Positions 30,295-38,319 of a stretch of DNA of 64,000 nucleotides are shown in pieces. The stretch lies in contig JAXGMI010000001.1 in assembly GCA_040768745.1 (NCBI GenBank), forward strand, positions 736,001 to 800,000, written 5' to 3'. Source of the DNA: Desulfomicrobium sp. (lineage in GTDB: Bacteria; Desulfobacterota; Desulfovibrionia; Desulfovibrionales; Desulfomicrobiaceae). Within the stretch, counting starts at the first letter, position 1. Each line of letters starts with the position of its first letter. The position numbers were made by a program, and so were the translations under genes. The notes under the pieces are model-generated. The model was not told where the DNA came from. It searched no databases and was given only the letters and a program-made list of their open reading frames with translations.

Positions 30295-30395
30295 AATTAA
30301 GGACCATGGAACAAGTTCCGTGGCCCTTATCACATCATGCTCAGATTCCGCAACCAATTAGGATGTATGACACCGAGCATCTGCCGAACGGCGGA

Positions 30396-31250
30396 TCAGT
30401 CCAGTTCCCTGCCTACCCAGACGGCCTTGCCGATGATGCGGATCCCGTTGGTCAGATCTCCGCGTGCGTCGATTTCTAGCGGGGCGTAGGCTTGGTTGGC
30501 GCTGGTGAGGATGAGCTTGCCGGGTTCGGCGTCTACCTTCTTCAGGTAGACCAGGTCTTCTACAGCGATGGCGTAGATGCGGCCTGGGCGCGGGGTGACG
30601 TTGGAGGTGTCGACGAGGACGATGTCGTTGTCTTTGATCTCCGGCTCCATGCTGTCGCCGGCGACTCGCATGAGGACCATGGCCGAGGCGTTGCCCTTGC
30701 GGCGCAAGAAATCTGTTCTGAAGGCATAGCGCCTGTCCGAGTCGGCACTGGTCTCCCATGATCCGCCACCAGCCGACAGCCGCGCCTCGACCATTGGCAC
30801 CATGGTGATCTCGCAGTCGTGGCAGACGAGGGTTTCCCTTCCATTATATATGGACGGGATGTTGAGTTTTGACTCTGCATAGCAGGCCTTCTCTCTGGCG
30901 GCCTCCATGTCATCATTCGGCAATGCCCCTCTTTTGATAAAAGCAGCCCCTTCCCGCTTCATCTCCCCTTCACCGGTCAAGAGCCAATCAGCGGAAACGC
31001 CTTTTGATAACGCCACCTCTGTTATCCACGCGGGTGGGATGGTCTGTTTTTGCTTCGCGCTTGAAACAGCCCCCTGCCTGAAGCCCATACTCCGGGCGAA
31101 ATCCGTGTCGGTCTCAACGTCAAATACCTGCTTCAAGCGCCCAAGGATCTCGTCAAATTTGTTTGGAAGTTTGAGGCCGGAACTTCCAAAAGGATCTTCC
31201 AAACAGGAAGCCTTTTGGAAGTTGGGGGAATTGTTTTTATCATCAGACAT
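30396..31250 (-). CDS. CI-like prophage repressor (HTH + S24 autopeptidase)
   Basis: N-terminal HTH ending VSADWLLTGEG; SAG cleavage-site motif, GDSMEP catalytic Ser and VYLKK catalytic Lys. Confidence 0.92.
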   Translation of the reverse strand: MSDDKNNSPNFQKASCLEDPFGSSGLKLPNKFDEILGRLKQVFDVETDTDFARSMGFRQGAVSSAKQKQTIPPAWITEVALSKGVSADWLLTGEGEMKREGAAFIKRGALPNDDMEAAREKACYAESKLNIPSIYNGRETLVCHDCEITMVPMVEARLSAGGGSWETSADSDRRYAFRTDFLRRKGNASAMVLMRVAGDSMEPEIKDNDIVLVDTSNVTPRPGRIYAIAVEDLVYLKKVDAEPGKLILTSANQAYAPLEIDARGDLTNGIRIIGKAVWVGRELD

Positions 31251-31335
31251 TTAACGGCTCTTTTGTTTCCATGCTCGCCAAATCAAACTTCCAAACAAAA
31301 AAAATGTTGACAATTTAAAAGTAACGCATTTAAAC
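31158..31335. promoter_or_regulatory. Immunity region: repeated operator-like motif and early promoter
   Basis: Five copies of WCTTCCAAA in both orientations, including a perfect 17-bp inverted pair (31158-31174 and 31283-31299); TTGACA at 31307-31312. Confidence 0.65.
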
Positions 31336-31403
31336 GGATCTCGTGATGGGCAACAAATATGCTCAAACAAGTTGATTAATAAACCAACGAAATTGGACCC
31401 GCA

Positions 31404-31853
31404 ATGACAAAACGACGCACGACCTCGGACACCGCCCCCCGTCAGCTCCTTCTCCCGCTCCATTCCGGCGGCACAAACGGCATTCGTGCCGGACGGTTGT
31501 GCCGGAAAGAAGCCGTGCGCGAGGCGCTGACAGAGGCCCTGGCCGCCTGCCAACTCTCCCGCGAGGAGGTGGCCCAGGAGATGACCAGGCTGACCGGCGA
31601 GGCCGTGTCCGTGAACCACATCAACAACTGGTGCTCCGAGGCAAAACGCGAGTGGCGGTTCCCGCTGGAACTGGCCACGGCGTTCTGCATGATCACGGGC
31701 GATTACGGCCTGATTTCGGCCATCCTGGATGGCACGGGCCACGGCCTGGCCGACGAGGAAACCAGGGTGCTGGCCGAGTACGGCCAGATCCTGGTGGAGG
31801 AACGCAAGCGCGCCAGCAAGAAGCGTGAGCTGCTGGAGAGACTGGGGGCATGA
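31404..31853 (+). CDS. Phage regulatory protein (HTH-like)
   Basis: First early gene; LSREEVAQEMTRLTG...INNWCSEAK..WRFP pattern. Confidence 0.7.
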   Translation: MTKRRTTSDTAPRQLLLPLHSGGTNGIRAGRLCRKEAVREALTEALAACQLSREEVAQEMTRLTGEAVSVNHINNWCSEAKREWRFPLELATAFCMITGDYGLISAILDGTGHGLADEETRVLAEYGQILVEERKRASKKRELLERLGA

Positions 31854-32068
31854 TGAACGAAAAGAACGTACGCAAGGTCAAGGCATGGCTGGTCCTGCAG
31901 GGGATCACGCAGGCGAAGATAGCGGAAGAGCTGGGCGTGGCCAGGGCGACGATCCACAACTGGATCGCCGGCCGGGTGCAGTCCCAGAGAATCTACAACT
32001 ATTTCATCGAACATGGCTGCCCGCGCGAGTTTTTCGCGGGGCGGCCGGAAGCAAGGAGGGCGGCGTAA
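31850..32068 (+). CDS. Cro/Ner-like HTH protein
   Basis: GITQAKIAEELGVARATIHNWIAG helix-turn-helix. Confidence 0.85.
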   Translation: MMNEKNVRKVKAWLVLQGITQAKIAEELGVARATIHNWIAGRVQSQRIYNYFIEHGCPREFFAGRPEARRAA

Positions 32069-32077
32069 TGAGCGAGA

Positions 32078-32326
32078 TCAGCTATGTGTCTCAAACACGG
32101 ATTGAGGCCGTAAAAAGACGGCGTATTCAACTAACAGAGCGGCAAGCTCCGGGTAGCAATGCTCCCTCCTCGCCTGACCGGCAGCGCTGCGCAGATGCTG
32201 TGCAAACGCAGCCGTCACATGAACACCCTTGTCTTCCAACGCTCGGACAAGCGCAGTCATGATCATTTCCTGGGCAAGAATTCTTTCTTCGAGCTCTACA
32301 AGACGCATTTCCAGGTCTTCCGACAT
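32078..32326 (-). CDS. Small antisense hypothetical protein (82 aa)
   Basis: AGGAG RBS before ATG 32326; helical MSEDLEMRLVELEERILAQEMIMTALV. Confidence 0.55.
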   Translation of the reverse strand: MSEDLEMRLVELEERILAQEMIMTALVRALEDKGVHVTAAFAQHLRSAAGQARREHCYPELAALLVEYAVFLRPQSVFETHS

Positions 32327-32452
32327 GTTCTTTCTCCTGGTCGCAGGGTTTGTTGTGGTGACGGCTCCATACCAGGGTTTGGCAGAGGCAACAACGCTCA
32401 TTCCTTCAACACCTGCCCGGTCTGTGGACCGGGTGGGCATTCAAGGACTGAC

Positions 32453-32497
32453 ACGGACAGGATGGACAGCATGAACAGAATGGACAGGACGGACCGG
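32453..32497 (+). repeat. Five degenerate tandem 9-mers
   Basis: ACGGACAGG, ATGGACAGC, ATGAACAGA, ATGGACAGG, ACGGACCGG. Confidence 0.75.
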
Positions 32498-32499
32498 GC

Positions 32500-32867
32500 A
32501 TGAGTTACACGACCGCGCAACTTGCTGAGGCTTTGGGTATTAAACCCCAGTCTGTGGACTATCGGGTCAAGAAGGAAGGCTGGCAGTTTCAGAGGCGTAA
32601 GGGCAAGGGCGGCGGCCGCCTGTTCACCCTGCCCAATCTGCCACAGGACGTGCGCGACGCCGTGCTGGCGTGGGAGCTGAAGGCTTCTTCTCCGGCCTTG
32701 GCCGAAACGCCCCTGCCGCCGGCGGTGAAGACACCCGTGGACACGTCGCTGCTGACCACGAAGCAGCGGGGTGTGATGTGCGCCAGGCTGGCTTTTGTGC
32801 GGGAGATTGATCGTTTGGCAGCGACTGGCCTGGCCAAGACCGTGATCATGGACAACCTGGTGGAGGC
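32500..32867 (+). pseudogene. Truncated MuA-like transposase (N-terminal DNA-binding part only)
   Basis: MSYTTAQLAEALG...KEGWQFQRRKGKGGGRLF...LPQDVR matches the Mu DNA-binding domain pattern; after about codon 122 the frame loses MuA character and no DDE domain or MuB follows. Confidence 0.8.
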
Positions 32868-33164
32868 GTGGACTCCGCCGGCACGCTGTCCATGCAGCGC
32901 CTCAAGGAGCTGGTGGCGCATTTCGAGAAATTGGGGTGGGTGCCGAAGAGAAAGCCATCTCCCAAGGACGACATCAAGAGGCTGTGCAAGCGGATCTGGG
33001 CCCAGTGCTACAGCCTGGGGAGACCCGTGCCTGCCTATGCTGACGCCATCGCCAAGCAGATGTTCGGCATCGAGAAGCTGGTCTGGTGCAAAGCAGAGCA
33101 GCTGAGGGCCATCACCACCGCCTTGGCCAAGCAGCAGGCCAAGGAAGGAGCTGAAACGGAATGA
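32865..33164 (+). pseudogene. GemA (Mu gp16-like), 3' portion only
   Basis: GVDSAGTLS..RLKELVAHFEKLGW...KRIWAQ...QMFGIEKLVW...QLRAITTAL pattern; N-terminus missing. Confidence 0.7.
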
Positions 33165-33535
33165 GCGAACGCTGGATCTCGTTTCCCGAGCTGGAGGACG
33201 TGATCGGGAAGGCCGAGGCGGAAGCCCTGTGCAAGACTTTTGGCGGCCTTTCCAAATATCTGCCGCGAAAGCCTGATGCCGACCATCCGTTCGCGCCCAT
33301 CATCGGGATGCAGGCGCTTGCGGATCTGGCTGCCTACACCGGCGGGTGGCATTTGGCGCTGCCGAACCTGCGCCGCCCGGAGGCAGAGAAGAACCGGATA
33401 CTGGGGATGCTCGACGACGGGCGGCCCCATCAGGAGATCGCCGAGGAATGCAAGGTCAGCGAACGCTGGGTGCGGCACTTGGCGGCGCGGCGGCGCGAAG
33501 CGCAGGGGCAGCGGAAGCTGCCAATCGGGGTATAA
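33161..33535 (+). CDS. Mor/C-family late transcription activator
   Basis: LEDVIG..A.ALCKTFGG..KYLP dimerisation region and C-terminal HTH (IAEECKVSERWVR). Confidence 0.8.
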   Translation: MSERWISFPELEDVIGKAEAEALCKTFGGLSKYLPRKPDADHPFAPIIGMQALADLAAYTGGWHLALPNLRRPEAEKNRILGMLDDGRPHQEIAEECKVSERWVRHLAARRREAQGQRKLPIGV

Positions 33536-33557
33536 TACACCAAAAATCACTGGATAC

Positions 33558-33606
33558 CGCCAGGAAGCTCATCCGCCTTAACCTCCACACCAGGCCGGGA
33601 TAGATG
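33558..33606 (+). promoter_or_regulatory. Candidate activator-dependent late promoter 1 (lysis operon)
   Basis: CGCCAGGAA...CCG motif with a -10-like TAGATG 38 bp after the GGAA; same geometry as 42121-42169. Confidence 0.55.
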
Positions 33607-33650
33607 AAAGTCTACCCGGCATTTTCATTTCAACCTGGTGGAGGCCCGAC

Positions 33651-33971
33651 GTGAAGCCCAACAGAATATCCGAGGTCATGCACATCCGAATGATGTGGTG
33701 TGCCCTCTACGCGGCAGTCCTGTTGCTGGTCGTGGCCTGGGCCGCGCCGCAGCAGCTGCCGGTCATCGTTTACAAGATCAACCTGATCCTGCTGGCATCC
33801 GTGGCCGGATACTGGCTGGACCGTTGGGCGTTCCCATACGCCCGGCCTGACCGGTTTTTAACGCCTGACGGTGAAGTGAAGGTGAACCACAAGCGGGTCT
33901 TCGGCGCGGCCCTGCTTCGCCGGGCCATCATCATGGCCGGCGCCATGCTGGCTGTGGGGATGGGCTTGTGA
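33651..33971 (+). CDS. Putative holin (2-3 TM)
   Basis: YKINLILLASVAGYWLDRWAFPYARP and RRAII motifs; first gene of the lysis cassette. Confidence 0.85.
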   Translation: MKPNRISEVMHIRMMWCALYAAVLLLVVAWAAPQQLPVIVYKINLILLASVAGYWLDRWAFPYARPDRFLTPDGEVKVNHKRVFGAALLRRAIIMAGAMLAVGMGL

Positions 33972-34609
33972 GGCCGAACTGGGGCCTGATCGTTGCGCTG
34001 TTGTTCTGCGCTGTGTTCTGGCTGCTGGTCTGGTGCACCTGGTCCCATGCGGCGCAGGTCATCCCAAGGCCAGCCCAGCAGCATCGCCCCCTGCTCATCA
34101 GGGAGGCCCGTGCAGCCTGGGGCATGGATGCGCCGATCGCCACATTCGCGGCCCAGATCCACCAGGAATCGGGGTGGAACGAGCGCGCGGTGTCTCCTGT
34201 AGGAGCCCAGGGCCTGGCCCAGTTCATGCCCTCGACGGCCAGGTGGTTGCCCCGGGTCGCCCCGGAAACAGGCGAGCCTCTACCCTTTTCCCCGTCGTGG
34301 GCCATCAGGGCCATGGTTACCTATGACCGCTGGCTGTGGCGAAGGATTTCAGCGGCGACTGACTGTGATCGCATGGCCATGACCCTGTCTGCCTATAATG
34401 GCGGGCTGGGGTGGATCAATAAGGACAAGTCCCTGGCCGCAGGAATAGGGCTTGACCCGCAGATCTGGACGCATGTGGCCATGGTCAACTCGGGGCGAAG
34501 CGCTGTAAATTTCCGCGAGAACCGCGGGTACCCGACACGTATCCTCGGAACCCTGACAGATCTGTACAGGGCGGCGGGTTGGGGCAAAGGGGCCTGCGAT
34601 GCTCGGTAG
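33968..34609 (+). CDS. SLT-type lytic transglycosylase endolysin with N-terminal signal/anchor
   Basis: QIHQES, GLAQFMP and AYNGG motifs; hydrophobic N-terminus. Confidence 0.9.
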   Translation: MRPNWGLIVALLFCAVFWLLVWCTWSHAAQVIPRPAQQHRPLLIREARAAWGMDAPIATFAAQIHQESGWNERAVSPVGAQGLAQFMPSTARWLPRVAPETGEPLPFSPSWAIRAMVTYDRWLWRRISAATDCDRMAMTLSAYNGGLGWINKDKSLAAGIGLDPQIWTHVAMVNSGRSAVNFRENRGYPTRILGTLTDLYRAAGWGKGACDAR

Positions 34610-35039
34610 CGCCCTGCAATTTTTCATCGGTCAGCGAAGCTGGATTCCGCTGGCTGTCATGACAACTATGCTGCTGGCAGCCTGTGCTTGGATGTGCGTT
34701 CAGGGCCTGCGCCTCGATGCCGTCCGGGCCGATGCCGCCCTGCAGATCCAGGCTGAACAGGCGGCCCACAACGCCACGCGTGGCCAGCTCGTGGCCGCGG
34801 GACATGAGATCGTGCGATTGCGGTCCCTGCTGGAGCTGGCGCGCAACGCGACGGCCACCGTGCAGGACAGCCTGCGCGACGCCCTGGCGCGAGAGTCCGA
34901 GGCCGTCAGCGCGGCGGCGGCCCGCAAGTTGATCCTAGATCAGATGCGGACACGCGTCCGGACCGAAGCCGAAAGAATGGAGGTGGTCGACGATGCGACG
35001 CGCGATGCTGTTGCTGCTCGCCTTAACCTGCCTCTGTAG
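34599..35039 (+). CDS. Inner-membrane spanin (Rz-like)
   Basis: N-terminal TM plus coiled coil, following the endolysin. Confidence 0.7.
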   Translation: MLGSALQFFIGQRSWIPLAVMTTMLLAACAWMCVQGLRLDAVRADAALQIQAEQAAHNATRGQLVAAGHEIVRLRSLLELARNATATVQDSLRDALARESEAVSAAAARKLILDQMRTRVRTEAERMEVVDDATRDAVAARLNLPL

Positions 35040-35250
35040 CTGCGGGCCAAGACAAGCCCCGGTGATCGTCACCGCGCCCCTGGTCGGTTGCCCGGCGCCG
35101 CCCCGCCCGGAGCTGCCGACATTGGACCCGGCGCGCCCCCTCGACAGCCCAGCCAACATCGAAACGATCATGTTCCGGGACGACATCATGCGCGGCTACA
35201 TCCGCGGGCTGGAGAGTTGTGTGGATTGCTACCGAAGGCAGGTGCGCTGA
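34993..35250 (+). CDS. Outer-membrane spanin lipoprotein (Rz1-like)
   Basis: Lipoprotein signal MRRAMLLLLALTCLCSC, Pro-rich; overlaps the i-spanin end. Confidence 0.75.
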   Translation: MRRAMLLLLALTCLCSCGPRQAPVIVTAPLVGCPAPPRPELPTLDPARPLDSPANIETIMFRDDIMRGYIRGLESCVDCYRRQVR

Positions 35251-35474
35251 TGTCGTATCACGAACGAGGCCGGCACAACCCTTTTGACGCGTATATGGCG
35301 GGCTTTTGCGTCTGGATGTCACCCCGGCAGATCCTGATCAACGAGGCCGCGCTGAAGCAGTACACGCCGAAGCCTGGCGTGGAGGCTGACGCGCACGAGG
35401 ACCTTTTGAGCCAGTTCGTCCATGAGGCCGAGATCAAACGGAAAAAGTATGGCGAACAAGAGCAGAGGGGCTGA
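35250..35474 (+). CDS. Phage hypothetical protein
   Basis: TGATG coupling to neighbours at both ends. Confidence 0.6.
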   Translation: MSYHERGRHNPFDAYMAGFCVWMSPRQILINEAALKQYTPKPGVEADAHEDLLSQFVHEAEIKRKKYGEQEQRG

Positions 35475-35716
35475 TGGACGAGATTGACGACTCCCAGAAG
35501 GCCGAACGCCTGTACCGGGAAGAGGCCCTGGGAAACTGGAAGCAGGTCGGCCGGCCGGGATGGGCGAGCCTGACGCACTGCATCGACTGCGGGGAGGAGA
35601 TCCCCGAGAAACGGCAGCTGGCCATCGAGGGATGCCTACGATGCCGGGAATGTCAGTCGGACTACGACAAGGAGAGCGGCCAGGGATGGACATTTTCTGG
35701 AAATGGATGCCCTTGA
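35474..35716 (+). CDS. TraR/DksA C4 zinc-finger protein
   Basis: CIDCGEEIPEKR...CLRCRECQ. Confidence 0.85.
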   Translation: MDEIDDSQKAERLYREEALGNWKQVGRPGWASLTHCIDCGEEIPEKRQLAIEGCLRCRECQSDYDKESGQGWTFSGNGCP

Positions 35717-36018
35717 TTATCACGGGGGTGCAGCTGACGCTGGCATGGGTGATCTGGAGCGCTCGAAAGGAGTTCATCCGCAGGGATGAATGCACCACAT
35801 GCGCGGGCACGCTTTCGCAGCGGGTCAGCTCGGTGGAATCCGGGCTGGACAGCCTCCCCGCATCGAAAAGCTGGCGCAAGATGCAGGTGGCCATCGATGA
35901 GGTCCGTGCATCGAACGGGGTCGTGCTGGCCAAGCTGGAGGGGCAATCCGAGCTGCTCAAGCGCATCGAGCACCCGATGAACCTGTTGATGGAGCACCAT
36001 CTGAGGGGGGACAAGTGA
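35686..36018 (+). CDS. DUF2730-like (Mu gp25-like) membrane protein
   Basis: N-terminal TM then coiled coil with LDSLP; expected position in the Mu gene order. Confidence 0.65.
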   Translation: MDIFWKWMPLIITGVQLTLAWVIWSARKEFIRRDECTTCAGTLSQRVSSVESGLDSLPASKSWRKMQVAIDEVRASNGVVLAKLEGQSELLKRIEHPMNLLMEHHLRGDK

Positions 36019-36311
36019 GCTTCAAGAATCTGTTGACCGAGGACCGCCGCCTGGTCCTGCTGCGGTTTTTGACTGAAGCGCCGGCCATGGCGCTGAACAC
36101 GTCCGTGCTGCATACGGCTCTGGACGCCTACGGGCACGCCGTGAGCCGCGACCAGGTGGAGACGGACGCGGCCTGGCTGGCCGAGCAGGGCTTGATCACC
36201 CTGGAGGAAGTCGGGCCGGTGCGCGTGGCGGCCCTGACCGGCCGCGGATCCGACGTGGCCCAGGGCCGGGCCGTGGTGCCGGGCGTGAAACGCCCCGGGC
36301 CGAGGAGCTGA
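36015..36311 (+). CDS. Mu gp26-like protein
   Basis: EDRRLVLLRFL...WLAEQGL...LTGRGSDVA.G....PGVKRP. Confidence 0.85.
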   Translation: MSFKNLLTEDRRLVLLRFLTEAPAMALNTSVLHTALDAYGHAVSRDQVETDAAWLAEQGLITLEEVGPVRVAALTGRGSDVAQGRAVVPGVKRPGPRS

Positions 36312-36313
36312 TC

Positions 36314-36883
36314 ATGGTCGCCATCTCCACCGTGAAGCGATTGCCGCGCGAGATCCGCGAGGAGATCCACAGGCTGCTCGATGCTGGCCAGACGCTGGAC
36401 GCCATTGTCGGGCACCTGCGGGGCATGGGCGTTAGCGAGGTGAGCCGCAGCGCCCTGGGGCGTTACAAGAAGAATTTCGACGCCGTGGTCGAGCGCGTGC
36501 GCAGGTCCAGGGAGATCGCGGACGTGCTGGTCCGCCAGTTCGGCAGCGAGGATGAGAGCAAGTCCATGCGGGCCAACATCGAGATGATGCACGGCATCGT
36601 CTCGGACATGCTCATGCAGATCGGCGACGGTGAGGATGAAGACGGCGAGAGCCGGCCCGTGCTGCTGGAGCCCAAGGCCGCCCACGATCTGGCCAAGGCC
36701 CTGGACCATCTGGCCCGTGCCAAGCGGCACGATCAGGACGCTATCCTCAAGGCCAGGGAAGAGGCCGCCCATGCGACGACCAAGAAGGCAGCGCAGGCCG
36801 TCAGCTCCGCCGCCAAGAAGTCCGGTGTGTCCGGGGAGGCCATCGACGCCATGGTCCAGGCCGTGCTCGGGGGCGCGGTATGA
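36314..36883 (+). CDS. Mu gp27-like terminase small subunit (DUF3486)
   Basis: STVKRLP and VSRSALGRY motifs; precedes the large subunit. Confidence 0.85.
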   Translation: MVAISTVKRLPREIREEIHRLLDAGQTLDAIVGHLRGMGVSEVSRSALGRYKKNFDAVVERVRRSREIADVLVRQFGSEDESKSMRANIEMMHGIVSDMLMQIGDGEDEDGESRPVLLEPKAAHDLAKALDHLARAKRHDQDAILKAREEAAHATTKKAAQAVSSAAKKSGVSGEAIDAMVQAVLGGAV

Positions 36884-38319
36884 CGCAGCCTGCCGGGTTC
36901 CTCCCCTACCAGTGGGAGCTGCGCGAGGCCGTCCGCCAGGAGAAGGTTGTCGTGGTCGAGAAGAGCCGGCGCACCGGCTACTCCTGGGCGGCCGCTGAGG
37001 TCGCCGTGGAGCATGCCGCCAAGTCCAAGCAGGACGGCGGCATGGACGTTTTCTACATGGGCTACAACCTGGAGATGGCCCGGGAGTTCATCGAATACTG
37101 CGGCGACTGGGGCAAGCTGTTCCAGCTCGGCGCCTCGGACATCGGGGAAACGGTCTTCAAGGATCCGGACAACCCCGAGCGGGACATCAAGGCCTTTCGC
37201 ATGGAGACATCCGCCAACAAGATCGTGGCCCTGCCCTCGATGCCCCGGGCCCTGCGCGGCATGCAGGGCCTGGTCATCATCGACGAGGCGGCCTTCGCGC
37301 TCCTGATCTGGGGCGGCAAGGTGCTCGTGATCTCGACCCATGACGGCGACGAGAACCCCTTCAACACCCTGGTGCAGGACGTGCGCGCCGGCCGTAAGCC
37401 TTACCGCCTGCTGCGCTGCGACTTCGACCGGGCGCTGGATGACGGCCTGTACAAGCGCATCTGTCACAAGCAGGGCAAGCCGTGGTCCATGGAGGCGGGG
37501 GCCAAGTGGCGCGGCGAGATCATCGCCTTCTACGGTGAGGGCGCGGACGAGGAACTGTTCTGCATCCCGAGCCGCGGGACCGGCGCGTACCTGCCCCTGG
37601 CGCTGCTGGAGAGCAGGGCCGAGCAGATCCCGATCATAGGCTGGGAGCAGCCGGCAGGGTTTGCGGAAGTGGCCGAGCATCTGCGCGCGGCCGAATGCCG
37701 GGACTGGTGCGAGGCGACCCTTGCCCCGTTGCTCCTGGAGCTGAGCCAGGACAGGCAGCATTTCTTCGGTCAGGACTTCGCCCGCTCCGGAGACCTGTCC
37801 GTGATCTGGCCCCTGGCCCTGCACAAGGACATGGTGCGCCGGCCGCCGTTCGTGGTGGAGATGCGCAACATCCCTTTCGAGCAGCAGAAGCAGGTGCTCT
37901 TCTACGTGCTGGACCGCCTGCCCCGCTTCGCTTGCGGCAAGATGGACGCCACCGGCAACGGCGCATGGCTGGCCGAGGTGGCGGCCCAGCGCTACGGTTT
38001 TTCGCGCATCGAGCAGGTCAAGCTGTCGGAGGGCTGGTACCGCGAGAACATGCCGCGCTGGAAGGCCGGATTCGAAGACGGCACCCTGGTCATCCCGCGC
38101 GACTCGAACATCATTTCCGACCACCGTGCCGTGCGCCTCAAGCGTGGCGTGGCCATGGTCGAAGCCGGGAACACCGGCGACAAACGCGCCCGCCGCCACG
38201 GCGACAGCGCCATCGCCCACGTGCTGGCCTACGCGGCCAGCTGCGACGCCGGGGCCATCACCGAATACGCCTACCATCCCGTGCGCCGGGACGACACCAT
38301 GAGGGGGAGACTGCCATGA
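36880..38319 (+). CDS. Mu gp28-like terminase large subunit (probable internal in-frame deletion)
   Basis: LPYQ, EKSRRTGYSW, IIDEAAF, GQDFARSGD and RHGDSAIA motifs. Confidence 0.9.
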   Translation: MTQPAGFLPYQWELREAVRQEKVVVVEKSRRTGYSWAAAEVAVEHAAKSKQDGGMDVFYMGYNLEMAREFIEYCGDWGKLFQLGASDIGETVFKDPDNPERDIKAFRMETSANKIVALPSMPRALRGMQGLVIIDEAAFALLIWGGKVLVISTHDGDENPFNTLVQDVRAGRKPYRLLRCDFDRALDDGLYKRICHKQGKPWSMEAGAKWRGEIIAFYGEGADEELFCIPSRGTGAYLPLALLESRAEQIPIIGWEQPAGFAEVAEHLRAAECRDWCEATLAPLLLELSQDRQHFFGQDFARSGDLSVIWPLALHKDMVRRPPFVVEMRNIPFEQQKQVLFYVLDRLPRFACGKMDATGNGAWLAEVAAQRYGFSRIEQVKLSEGWYRENMPRWKAGFEDGTLVIPRDSNIISDHRAVRLKRGVAMVEAGNTGDKRARRHGDSAIAHVLAYAASCDAGAITEYAYHPVRRDDTMRGRLP

